DNA of 64,000 nt from Heterodontus francisci (taxonomy: Eukaryota), in assembly GCF_036365525.1 (NCBI RefSeq), contig NC_090394.1:68110741-68174740 (forward strand), written 5' to 3'. Both the position numbers and the translations under genes were made by a program. Positions 12,804 to 24,594 of the stretch are shown here, piece after piece; within the stretch, counting starts at the first letter, position 1, and each line of letters begins with the position of its first letter. The notes under the pieces were generated by a model. That model had not been told where the DNA came from and ran no database searches. It was given only the letters and a program-made list of their open reading frames with translations.

Positions 12804-13980
12804 TGTTATGATCCTGTTATGGACCTTTATTGTTTAAATTGAGAAAGTCGAATTCTCAGCTATTACAGAATTATGCCACAAGATTTCAAGTTTTAAACAA
12901 AAAGCTTACAAGAGTTAAACAATGCAAAACACTACTAACTTAACACTGCAACTTGAAACATTTATATTTAAACTTAAAATCTTAACAGAACATTCTTGTT
13001 TGACTTTACTTCCACCCTAAGAGTTTCCCTCTTCTTTACAGGATCTTGGTGGTTTGTTCACTTCTCCTGGGATCAATCCAAAGTTTACCACAGCTCTTAG
13101 GAATTCACTAAAATAAAAGCAAAATACTGCGGATGCTGGAAATCTGAAATAAAAACAAGAAATGCTGGAATCACTCAGCAGGTCTGGCAGCATCTGTGGA
13201 AAGAGAAGCAGAGTTAACGTTTCGGGTCAGTGACCCTTCTTCGGAACCCGAAGAACTTCGGTTCCGAAGAAAGGTCACTGACCCGAAACGTTAACTCTGC
13301 TTCTCTTTCCACAGATGCTGCCAGACCTGCTGAGTGATTCCAGCATTTCTTGTTTTTATTATCTTAGGAATTCACATTGGTTCCTTAGTTTCTCAGCTGT
13401 CTTTTGAGGTATGAGATCACCTCCCAAATCTGGACTTTCCAGCTTGAGCATAGGCCTGCCTCAAAATAGAAACACCCCTGTTTCCCGATGGCCTCTTTGC
13501 TCCTGAATCCAACTGACTTCCAAAAGCCAAGTGTTTTCCAAAAACCAACTGCTTTCTCTGTTAGCGAGCACACAGATCAAAACACCAACCAGCACGCCCT
13601 ACATCATCTATCTCCATAGAAATGTGGTACATATGGAATGTCCCAGATAGCAATTTAAACTAATTATTTTTGACTCCAAATCAACTCTTTGTTCTGGGAA
13701 ATCATATAAATAATTTAAACACCTGATCGAGTTAGCTGCAAACACACTGTCTCCATGAAGATGCTCAGGAAGGTTCCCATTGTTTAGAATCTTCACACTT
13801 ACCATTATGACCTTACTAAATAAACATGGACTACCCTTTGATTTGTAACCACCTTGGGTTTGTTTGCCAGCTTCTCAAACCAGGTATTTTCATTTGTCTT
13901 ACATTAAAAAAAATTCAATTCCCAAATTAAAAGTTACGTCTAAAATATTAATCTAAGCCATGAACCAGGTGATTGTAACA
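12804..13980. mobile_element. Solo LTR (~0.9 kb excluding the nested PLE)
   Basis: Termini TGTTATGATC...GATTGTAACA (TG..CA with inverted repeat); TSD not clean (GGTAC/GGATC). Confidence 0.55.
13109..13361. mobile_element. Palindromic Penelope-like element remnant with a hammerhead motif on each strand
   Basis: ~100 bp arms (13148-13248 / 13260-13360) with 1 mismatch; 14-bp TSD TCTTAGGAATTCAC at 13095-13108 and 13362-13375. Confidence 0.85.
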
Positions 13981-16900
13981 GGATCACCTTCATGAAGAAA
14001 TGGCAAATTTTTAAAAAAATCATTGATAAAAGATTCATTTATAGATTCGATGATGTTGTGCATCCAATATGGCGCGCAGTCATTATGCGATAGATCGAGC
14101 TGCTCTGTAGGTATCCAGGATGCAAGCCAGAACTATTTAAGCTGTTTTCAGGTGCAATTGAATTTCCAGGTTGAAAGGAATCCTGATGCGGGAAAAGAAA
14201 ATGCCACATTGATTCTGTGGAGGCTTTCATTTAAGATTGAAGTCAAGGCTCATTTTTGATCACCATAGGATGGACTGTTTTCAGAATCTAATCTACTGCC
14301 ATACATGATCTGGCAAGGCTTGATTTTGACACTAGATAAAAGTGGAAAAGTGTTTCTTCTCCCGACCTTGATCATCACATACCAGTCCACAGCAGCAAGC
14401 TCCAGTCTCAACATTATTTATTTAATTATTCTGGTTATTACTGCAGCTTTTGAAAAAATAATTTCACAGCAGTAATGCATGTGACAATGTCCCTGAGTCA
14501 CAGTTTTTCACATTAACATTTAACTGATGTAAAGAGACTGACATAAACCTGCTTTTGCATTTATTATTACCTAATTTACTTGGCTTGAACTAATCAGTCA
14601 TCTCTGGGATTCATTTATTTGCTTTATATGATCAACTGCATTCTGAATGACAGCAGTAAAAACTCAAACACTTGTAATGTGGTTTCCTAATTCACCCAAG
14701 AGCAGAAGTGTGCATATTAAAGAAACCATACAACTAAGTCCTGTGTCATTCACCGACACAGGACATTTTCGACATTTTTGAGTCCTGTATGTATTTCAAA
14801 CTGAATATGTTTGTCAAAAAACTCACAAATGTATTTTTAATTGGTCAATTGTCATTAACTTAGAAAACAATCAAACGTTCAAACTGTGCTTCTCTAATAT
14901 TTCATAGTTCTTCCTTTAGGCCAATAATTAAGAAGTGTCCGTGTTTTAATGCTACAGATATAAATGAGTTAATTCGAACAGCTCCAGTACTTGGTTCACA
15001 TGCAGTCCATGTAGCTCCACATTGTGATTTTTAAAAAAATATTCATTCACAGAATGTGGGCGTCGCCCAGCCCTAATTGCTCTTGAGAAGGTGGTGGTGA
15101 GCCGCCTTCTCGAACTGCTGCAGTCCATGTGGTGACAGTCCACACACAGTGCTGTTCAGAAGGGAGTACCAGGATTTTGACCCAGCGACAATGAAGGAAC
15201 AGAATATAGTTCCAAGTCAGGATGGCGTGCGACTTGGAGAGAAACTTACAGGTGGTGGTATTCCCATGTGCCTGCTGCTCTTGTTCTTCTAGGTGGTGGA
15301 AGTTACGGATTTGGAAAGTGCCTTGGCGAATTGCTGCAGTGCATCTTGTATATGGTACACACTACTGCCAATGGGCGCCGATGGTGGAGGGAGTGAATGT
15401 TTAAGGTGGTGGATGGGGTGCCGATCAAGTGAGCTGCTTTGTCCTTAATGATGTAGAGCTTCTTGAGTATTGTTGGAGTTGCACCCATCCAGGCAAGTGG
15501 AGAAATTTGGATCACACTCATGACTTGTGCTTTGTAAATGCTTTGGGGAGTCAGGAGGTGAGTTATTTGCTGTAGAATTCACAATTCTGACCTACTGTTG
15601 TAGCCACAGTGATTATGTGGCTGGTCCAGTTAAGTTTCTCGTCAATGGTGACCAGAATGTTGATAGTGGCGTTGTAGGTCAAGGGGAGAATGGCTAGATT
15701 CTATCTTGTTTGAGATGGTCCTTGCCTGGCACTTGTGTGGCACAAGCGTTACTTCCCACTTATCAGCCTACACCTGAATATTGTTCAGGTCTTGCTGAAA
15801 GCAGGCATGGGCTGTTTCAGTGTCTGAGGAGTTGCAAAAGGTACTGAACGCTGCACAATCATCAGCAAACATCCCCACTTCTGACCTTATGTTGGAGGGA
15901 AGATCATTGATGAAGCAGCTAAAGATGTTTGTGCCTAGGACCCTACCCTGAGGAACTCCTGCAGTGATGTCCTGGGGCTGAGATGATTGGCCTCCAACAA
16001 CCACAACCATCTTCCTTTGTGCTTGGTATGGCTCCAACCAGTGGATTCCCATTGACTACAATTTTGCTAGGTTGCTTTGATGCCACCCTCAGTCAAATGC
16101 TGCTTTGATGTCAAGGCATTCACTCTCAACTCACCTCTTGACTTCAGATTTTTTTGTCCATGTTTGGTCCAGGCTGTAATGAGGTTGGAGCTTGTCGGAA
16201 TCCTGGCGGAATCCAAACTGAGCAGCAGTGAGCAAGTTGTTGCTGAGTAAATGTTGCTTGACAGCACTGTTGACGACACCTTCCATCACTTTGCTGATGA
16301 TTGAGAGTAGATGGATGAGGCGGTAATTGGCCATATTGGATTTGTCCTGCTTTTTGTGGACAGGACATACCTGTGCAATATTCCACATTGTCATGTAGAT
16401 GCCAGTGTTGTAGCTGTACTGGAGCAACTTGGCTGGGGGCATGGTTAGTTCTGGAGAAAAAGTCTTCAGTGCTACAGCTGGGATGTTGCCAGGGCCCTAG
16501 CCTTTGCTGTACCCAGTGCCTTCAGCCATTTGTTGATATCATGTGGAATGAATTGAATTGGCTAGAGACTGTGATGGTAGGGACCTCAGGAAGAGGCCGA
16601 GTTGATTGAAGATGTTTGCAAATGCTTCAGCCTCATCATTTGCATTGACGTGCTGGGATCGGTCATCATTGATGATAGAGATATTTGTGGTGCCTCCTCC
16701 TCCGGTTAGTTGTTTAATAGTACACCACCATTCATGACTGGATGTGGCAGAACTACAGAACTTTGATCTGATCCATTGGTTGTGATATCGCTTAGCTCTA
16801 TCTATAGCATGCTGTTTCCGTTGTTTAGCATGCATGTAGTCCTGTGTTCTATCTTCACCAGGTTGGCACCTCATTTTTAGTTATGCCTGGTGCTGCTCCT

Positions 16901-17577
16901 GGAATGCTGTCCTACACTCCTCATTGAACCTGGGCTGGTTCCCTGGCTTGATGGTAATGGTAGAGTGTGGGATATGTGAGGCCATGAAGTTACAGATTGT
17001 GGTTGAATGGTTGAATACAATTCTGCTGCTGCTGATGGTCCACAGCACTTCATGGATGTCCAGTTTTAAGCTGCTAGATCTGTTCTGAATCTACCCCATT
17101 TAGGATGGTTGTAGTGCCATACAACATGACGGATAATGCCCTTAATGTGAAGAAGGCACATCATTTCCACAAGGACTGTGCGGTAGTCGGTCTTACCAAT
17201 ACTGTCATGGTCATGTAGGATTTTTCCACATGTTGGTTCCTCACCAATTACTGCAGGCCCAATCTGGCAGATTTGGCCAGCTCAGTCAGTAGTGGTGCTG
17301 CTGTGACACTCTTGATGATGGACATTGAAGTCCCCCAACTAGAGGACATTCTGTGCCCTTGCTATCCCCAGTGACTCTAACAAGTGGTGTTCAACATGGT
17401 TCATTAGTTGAGGAAGGGAAGTTGGTAGTAATCAGCAGGAGGTTTCCTTGCCCATGTTTGACCTGATACCGTGAGATATCATGGGGTCCAGAGTCAATGT
17501 TCAGGACTCCCAGGGGCACTCCCTCCTGACTGTATACCACAGTGCCATGACCTCTGATAGGTCTGTCCTGATGGTGG

Positions 17578-17884
17578 TATTATGTATTCATCGGTTTGCT
17601 GGATATTTAATATACCTGATTTATCTCAGATCAATGCAGAGATGACACTAGTTATAAATCAACAACTAATTTATTTACAGTATGTTTAAATATCTTAGCA
17701 CTTTCAGTATTTCATTACAATGTCTCTATCAGAGCACGGTCTCTGTTTTTACTAGAACCTTCCCGCCTGTCTCTTTAGTTTCAGTTTCAAAACACTAGGC
17801 TTAAGCAATCAAGCACAGTGAACACTGATCAGTGAACAGATTAATACAATCAAATCCAGATCAATTAACCCATTGCACACTACA
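17578..17884 (-). mobile_element. 307-bp solo LTR (Gypsy-like) inserted in the LINE endonuclease domain
   Basis: 5-bp TSD GGTGG/GGTGA (17573-17577, 17885-17889); minus strand starts TGTAGTGT; AATAAA on minus at ~17670. Confidence 0.75.
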
Positions 17885-18372
17885 GGTGAGACAGGACATA
17901 ATCAGGTATGGTGATGGAGGAGTCTGGGACATCTGCTGTAAGGTATGATTCAGTGAGTATGTCAGGCTGTTTCTTGACCAGACTGTGGGACAGTTCTATC
18001 AATTTTGGCACAAGTCCCCAGACGTAAGTGAGGAGGACTTTACAGGGTATACCTTTGTCATTTCCAGTGCCTTGGTCAGTGCTGGCTGTTCCAGCCGGTT
18101 TTATTCTTATTTGACTTTTCTGTAGCAGTTTGATATAACTGGGTGGCTTGCTAAGCCATTTCAGAAGGCAGTTAAGAGTCAACAACATTGCTATGGGCCT
18201 GGAGTCACATGTAGGTCAAACTGGGTAAGGACAGCAGATTTCCTTCCCTGAAGAACATTAGTGATCCAGATGGGTTTTTAACATTAAGCCAGTAATTTCA
18301 TGGTCATTATTGAGAATAGCTATTTATTCCAGATATATTAATTGAATTTAAATTCCCCAGCTGCCATGGTGG

Positions 18373-18446
18373 GATTTGAACTCCCATCTCTGGTGCATTA
18401 GTCCGGGCCTCTGGATTACTAACCCAGTAACATTACTACTATGCTA
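18373..18446 (-). promoter_or_regulatory. Internal RNA polymerase III promoter (A box and B box)
   Basis: A box TAGCATAGTAG (18446-18436; consensus TRGCNNARYGG) and B box GTTCAAATC (18381-18373; consensus GTTCRANNC). Confidence 0.75.
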
Positions 18447-20614
18447 CCATTAAATGCTCCTCAATTACATGCCACCAGAAAAATGCTCCCTAACTGGTAC
18501 TTTGGTGCCATACTAATACCAAAGGTAGCTAACATTGAGACACCAATGAAAAGAACTCTACATATATTTGTCAGTACCTATGAAAGCTCATGGTGACAGA
18601 CATTATCAAACAGGTACTCTACCTTGGATCTGACAGATATACTGTAAGTAGGTACCAATAGGTAACTGAAGTTTAGATATTGCATTTGATGCCAATTGAT
18701 CTACATAATTCATTGGTTTTGAAAAGACTCTGGGACAAATTCAACTCTGAAATGATCTTCCATCAATACTTGAAGGGAGCAGAGCTCACAAACAGTGGTT
18801 CTGGGTATGCTCTTGAATGGCCAGTTTTGCTGTCAATTGTAAAGATGTCAAAGCACAAATGCATACGTGGAGCTGTAGCTTGAGGAGATTCATTCTCTTC
18901 AGTTAGTTGTGATGAGTCACAAACCTGCAGGCCTTACACTCCTCACAGAGCCAGAGGCAAGTTTACAGCCACAAGACAGCAGCTGAAAGGATTTTTTTTT
19001 TTTAATTGCTACAATTTTATTGCATCATCATCAATTTTGTATTTGCTGCTGACTGCCTATTCATAGCTTTATAAAGTTCACATTTGAAGATTGTCTTTTC
19101 TGCACACTATTTGTTTCTTGGTATATTTCTGACCTATTCAGTTTTTATTGCTGTTTGACTTAAATTTTATATTTATAAATCAGGTGTAAGTGTAGTGTAG
19201 AAATTTAACAAGAATGTGTCCTAGACACATGTTTTTATGTGTTTAAAATTCTCATCTTTGTTTTCAAATCCTTCCAGGGCCTTGACTTTCTCTCCCATCC
19301 CCCTATCTCTGTAAACACCTCTAACTCTACAAACCTCGGAGATCTCTCCGATTCTGGCCTCTTGCGCATCCCCGATTTTATTCACTACACCATTGGCAGC
19401 TATGCCTTCAGCTGCCTAGGCTCTAAGCTCTGGAATTCCCTCCCTAAACTTCTCCATCTCTCTACCACTTGCTCATCCTTTAAAATACTCCTTAAAAACT
19501 ACCTCTTTGAACAAGCATTTAGTCACCTATCCTAATATTTCACCACCACCACCAACAACAACTTGCATTTATATTCATATCTGTAATGCCGTAAAATGTC
19601 TCCAAGGCACTTCACAGGAGTTTTATCAAACAAAATTTGACACCGAGCCACATAAGCAGATATTAGGTCAGATGACTAAAAGTTTCATAGAAACCATAGA
19701 AATTTACAGCTTGGAAGGAAGCCATTCAGCCCAGCGTGTCCCTCCAGCCGACAAGGAGCGATCCAGATTAATCACACCTTGCTGCGCTTGATCTGCAGCC
19801 TTGCAGGTTTAAGTGCATATCCAAGTAATTTTTAAATGTGATGAGAGTTTCTGCCTCGACCACCCTTTCAGGCAGTGAGTTCCAGTCCCCTCGAATCCCC
19901 TCTTGCCCTAAATCTACGCCTCCTGGTTATGGACCCTTCAACCAAGGGGAATAGGGTCGTCCTATCCACTCTACCTAGACCCTTCATAATTTTATACACT
20001 TCTATTAGGTCTCCCCTCAGCCTCCTTTGTTCCAAAGAAAACAGCCCTCACCTATCCAATCTATCCTCATAACAAAAATTCTCCAGTCCAGGCAACATCT
20101 TCGGAAATCTCCTCTATACCTTTTCTAGTGCAATCAGATCATGCCCATTGTGCAGTGATTAGAACTGCACGCAGTACTACAGCTGTGGCCTGACCAGTGA
20201 TTTATACAGTTCCAATATAACTTTCCTGCTCCTGTATTCTGTGCCACTGCTAATAACCCATACACCTTCTTGACCACCTTATCTACCTGTCCAGCTATCT
20301 TCATGGATCTGTGAACATGCACTCCAAGGTCCCTCTGTTCCGCTATACTTCTCAGTATCCTTTCAATCATTGTGTGTTCCATTGCCTGGTTAGCTTTCTC
20401 TAAATGCATTACCTCACACTGAATAGGCCTTACTCTTTCATTAGTTATCCTCTTGCTCTATGTATTTATAAAACATCTTTAGGCTTTCCTTGATTTTACT
20501 TGCCATTATGTTTTCATACCTTCTCTTTGTTTTTCTTATTTCCTTTTTAATGTTGCGTGTACACCTTTTATACACGTCTAGGTTTTCTGCAGTATTGAGC
20601 TCTCAGTATCTGTC

Positions 20615-20930
20615 CCGAGTCTCGAACTAGGGGACACAGTTTAAAAATTAGCAGTCTCCCATTTAAGACTGAGATGAGGAGAAATGTTTTCTCTCAAAGG
20701 GTCATTAGTCAGTGGAATTCTCTACCCCAGAGAGCAGTGGAGGCTGGGTCATTGAATTTATTCAAGGCTCTGTTAGATAGACTTTTGATCGACAAAGAAG
20801 TCAAGGGTTATGGGGAGCAGACAGGAAAGTGGAGTTGAGGTCACAATCAGATCAGCCATGATCTTACTGAATGGCAGAGCAGGCTTGAGGGGCTGAAAGG
20901 CCTACTCCTGCTCCTACTTTTTGTGTTCTT
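20615..20930 (+). mobile_element. CR1 LINE 3' end
   Basis: TRGHSLK..WNSLP..FK..LDR motifs followed by a CR1 3'UTR. Confidence 0.8.
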
Positions 20931-21070
20931 AAGCTTCCCTTTTTTTCTTTGTCCTCTCCTTTAAGGCCGTTGACATCTGGGGACTCTGGATTTGCTAGTC
21001 ACACCCTTTTTCTTTAAGGAAACATACTTGCTCTGAATCTTCACTATCTCTTCCTTGAATGCCTCCCACT

Positions 21071-22595
21071 AAGGCGTTTGATAAGGTTCCCCATGGTAGG
21101 CCCATTCAGAAAGTAAGGAGGCATGGGATACAGGGAAAGTTGGCTGTCTTGATACAAAATTGGCTGGCCCATAGAAGACAGAGGGTGGTAGTAGATGGAA
21201 AGTATTCAGCCTGGAGCTCGGTGACCAGTGGTGTTCCATAGGGATCTGTTCTGGGACCTCTGCTCTTTGTGATTTTTATAAATGACTTGGATGAGGAAGT
21301 GGAAGGCTGGGTTAGCAAGTTTGCCGATGACACGAAGGTTGCTGGAGTTGTGGATAGTGTGGAAGGCTGTTGTAGGTTGCAACGGGACATTGACAGGATG
21401 CAGAGCTGGGCTGAGAAGTGGCAGATGGTGTTCAACCTGGAAAAGTGTGAAGTGATTCATTTTGGAAGGTCGAATTTGAATGCAGAATACAGGCTTAAAG
21501 ACAGGATACTTGGTAGTGTGGAGGAACAGAGGGATCTTGGGGTCCATGTCCATAGATCGCTCAAAGTTGCCACCCAAGTTGATAGGGTTGTTAAGAAGGC
21601 GTATGGTGTGTTGGCTTTCATTAACAGGGGGATTGAGTTTAAGAGCCGCGAGGTTATGCTGCAGCTCTATAAAGCCCTGGTTAGATCACACTTGGAATAC
21701 TGTGTTCAGTTCTGGTCGCGTCATTATAGGAAGGATGTGGAAGCTTTAGAGAGGGTGCAGAGGAGATTTACCAGGATGCTGCCTGGACTGGAGGGCATGT
21801 CTTATGAAGAAAGGTTGAGGGAGCTAGGGCTTTTCTCATTGGAGCGAAGAAGGATGAGAGGTGACTTAATAGAGGGGTACAAGATGATGAGAGGCATAGA
21901 TAGAGTGGATAGCCAGAGACTTTTTCCCAGAGCGGAAAGGGCTATCACCAGGGGGCATAATTTTAAGGTGATTGGAGGAAGGTCAGAGGTAGGTTCTTTA
22001 CACAGAGAGTGGTGGGTGCATGGAATGCAACGCGACATGAAATCGTGTGACATTGATCACAAGTCGTGGGAGTCAGTTGCCAGCATTCGCCAGAGCTGGC
22101 GGGCAGCCATAAAGACAGGGCTAAATTGTGGCGAGTCGAAGAGACTTAGTAGTTGGCAGGAAAAAAGACAGAGGCGCAAGGGGAGAGCCAACTGTGCAAC
22201 AGCCCCAACAAACAAATTTCTCTGCAGCACCTGTGGAAGAGCCTGTCACTCCAGAATTGGCCTTTATAGCCACTCCAGGCGCTGCTTCACAAACCACTGA
22301 CCACCTCCAGGCGCGTATCCATTGTCTCTCGAGATAAGGAGGCCCAAAAGAGGAGGAAGGTCAGAGGTAGGTTCTTTACACAGAGAGTGGTGGGTGCATG
22401 GAATGCACTGCCAGCGGTGGTAGTAGAAGCAGATACATTAGGGACATTTAAGCAACTCTTGGATAGGTACATGGATGATAGTAGAATGAAGGGTATGTAG
22501 GTAGTTTGATCTTAGAGTAGGTTAAAGGTTCGGCGCAACATCGTGGGCCGAAGGGCCTGTACTGTGCTGTACTGTTCTATGTTCTATGTTCTATG
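21071..22595 (+). mobile_element. Young 5'-truncated CR1 LINE (RT to 3' end) containing an RTE insertion
   Basis: KAFDKVPH, SGVP*GS, FINDL, KFADD, HLEYCVQFW; (GTTCTAT)n tail. Confidence 0.92.
22030..22351 (+). mobile_element. RTE LINE 3' end flanked by 56-bp direct repeats
   Basis: C-terminal CSTCGRAC..LYSHSRRC zinc finger, same family as the copies at 29011-30206 and 33482-34477; repeats at 21974-22029 and 22352-22407. Confidence 0.92.
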
Positions 22596-24594
22596 ATCTG
22601 GCATTGATTTACCTTCAAGTAGCTGTTTCCAGTCCACTTTAGCTAAATCACAGCTCAGCTTAGTAAAATTAGCTTTTCCTCAATTGAGAATTTTTATTCC
22701 TGGTCTAGCTTTGTCTGTTTCCATAACTACCCTAAATCTAACTGAATTATGATCACTTGCACCAAAGTGCTCCCCAACTAAGACCCTTCCACTTGCCCAG
22801 CTTTATTCCCTAAAACTAAGTCCAGAACCGCCCCTCTTTTGTTGGGCTTGCTCTGTACTGGTTAAAAAATTTCTCCTGAATGCATTTGAAGATTTCAGTC
22901 CCTCTGTGCCATTCACACTATTTCTATCCCGGCTAATATTAGGGTAGTTGAAATCCCCCACTATTACTGCCCTATTGTTTTTGAACTTGTCAGAGATTTG
23001 CCGACATATTTGCTCTTCTATCTCCCTATAACTGTTTGGGGGTCTACAGTACACTCCCAGTAGTGTGATTGCCCCTTTTTTGTTCTTCAGTTCAACCCAT
23101 ATGACCTCATTTGATGATCCTTCTACCATATCATCTCTCCTCGTAATTATAATTGTTTTTTTATCCCTCCTCTATCTTGTCTGAAAACCCTGTAGCCAGG
23201 AAAGTTGAGGTGCTATTCTTGCCCTTCTTTCAGCCATGTCTCAGGAATAACTATAATATCATACTCCCACATGTCAATCTGTGCTCTCAGTTCATCTGCC
23301 TTATTCCCTAGACTTCTTATATAGTATATGCCATTAAGCACTGCCAAACTCCCTTGTTATCTATTTTCTAGTCTTTGTTTCCTCTGCCTTCCAAATACGC
23401 TTACTAATTTTCTGCCTTCCATTTCCAACTTTTCTTTTCTCTCTTCTGAATCCACTCTTAGGTTCCCCTTCCCCTGCCAAGGTAGCTTACTCAAAGAGGT
23501 AAGTTTTAAGGATCACTTTAAAGGACGAGAGAGGGTAGAAAGGGAATTCCAGAGCATAGGGCCTTAGCAGCTGAAGGCATGGCCACCAGTGGTGGAGTGA
23601 TTAAAATTGGGGATGTGCAAGAGGCCTGAACTGAAGGAGGACGGATATCTCACAAGGCTGTAAGGCTGGAGGAGGCTACAGCGATAAGGCGAGGCAAGAT
23701 GATGGACAAATTTGAAAATAAGAATGAGAATTTTAAAATTGAGGAGTTGCTTAACCGGGAGTCAATTTTGTTCAGTTGTAGCTCGATGTTAAATTTTGTT
23801 TAATAAAGCTCCTGTGAAGCGCTTTGGGACATTATACTACATTAAAAGGTGCTATATAGATACAAGTTGTTGTTTTTGTAGCAGTTGATCTCCCTTGGCG
23901 TTACTCCCCGGGAGTGAAGACTAGATGCAGTCAGGGTTAGGGGGTGGAAAAGAATGTGGCTGTGAAATGCAGATATAATTCTGTCACCATTTTAAAGCCA
24001 TCCATTTGGTCCTTATTTTTATATAATACTATGATTTATATTATTACTTCTAGTCAAATAGCAATTTCAAAGCAGAAAATTAGACTTGGTTGGAGCTTAG
24101 GAATTTCTTTACAGTATAGACTGAGGAGCTGGGTGACACAAACTGAGGTGCTACAGTGCCACTACTGACAGGAGGGTGCAATTACAGCATGACAAGTTTA
24201 CTGTAGGCAGTTCATTATAAATGTGGATATAGAGATTTAAAATAGGAAACCTTGACAACAAAAAATAAGGTTTTATAGAAATAAGATTTGAAACATTATA
24301 ATTATATATATATATATATCTTAAAATAAAATGCACTTATCCATGTTATGCAAAAGAGTATCAGGAATTTTAATAATAAGCTGGTAGTAAAATCACATGA
24401 ACCAAGAGATGTCATGACATTATTCTGCAGACGTTAACTGGTGTAGTGACTTAAGTTGTTGCCATGCTTACCAACTCTTCATTACAAAACATTGTGTAAC
24501 AATTTCAAATACAGATTTCTTTTTAATGTTGCAATGATATTTGCAATACTTTCAAACTAAATCTGTTGCAGGTGTGGCATATGGAAATCTTGAA

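Larger units (their letters stand above)
15028..18450 (-). mobile_element. Near full-length degenerate single-ORF CR1-group LINE (APE+RT) with tRNA-derived SINE-like 5' head
   Basis: APE start (WGLVPKL..KQPDILTESYL..IPDY), RT motifs (W..AQVCPVHKK, NYRLIHLLS, QFGFR, GVPQG, FINDL, FADD), 3' tail shared with 41133-41439; no room for an ORF1 between head and APE. Confidence 0.85.
19687..23482 (-). mobile_element. Degenerate CR1 LINE (APE to 3' end, internal deletion, two nested CR1 insertions)
   Basis: APE ORF 22803-23129 (IWVEL..LGVYCRPP..VGDFNYP), C-terminal ORF 20134-20409 (QRDLGVHVH), TTCTATG tail at 19687. Confidence 0.85.
19555..23765 (-). mobile_element. L2 LINE 3' part, split (19555-19686 and 23483-23765)
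   Basis: Tail ..GATGACTAAAAG at ~19682 continues as AGCTTACTCAAAGAGG at ~23484; collinear with the intact copy at 26307-26730. Confidence 0.75.
19240..23877 (+). mobile_element. L2 LINE 3' part, split (19240-19540 and ~23775-23877)
   Basis: FKIL..VFK..AFS....LWNSLP..FK.LLK.YLF C-terminus; the 3'UTR resumes at ~23775 and ends in GTTGTTGTT. Confidence 0.75.

Noticed and set aside
18361-18450. Functional tRNA gene
   Set aside because: A/B boxes present but no clean cloverleaf or terminator; continues into a retroposon body
24303-24319. (TA)n microsatellite and G/C homopolymers (39741, 47613, 63299)
   Set aside because: Ordinary simple repeats
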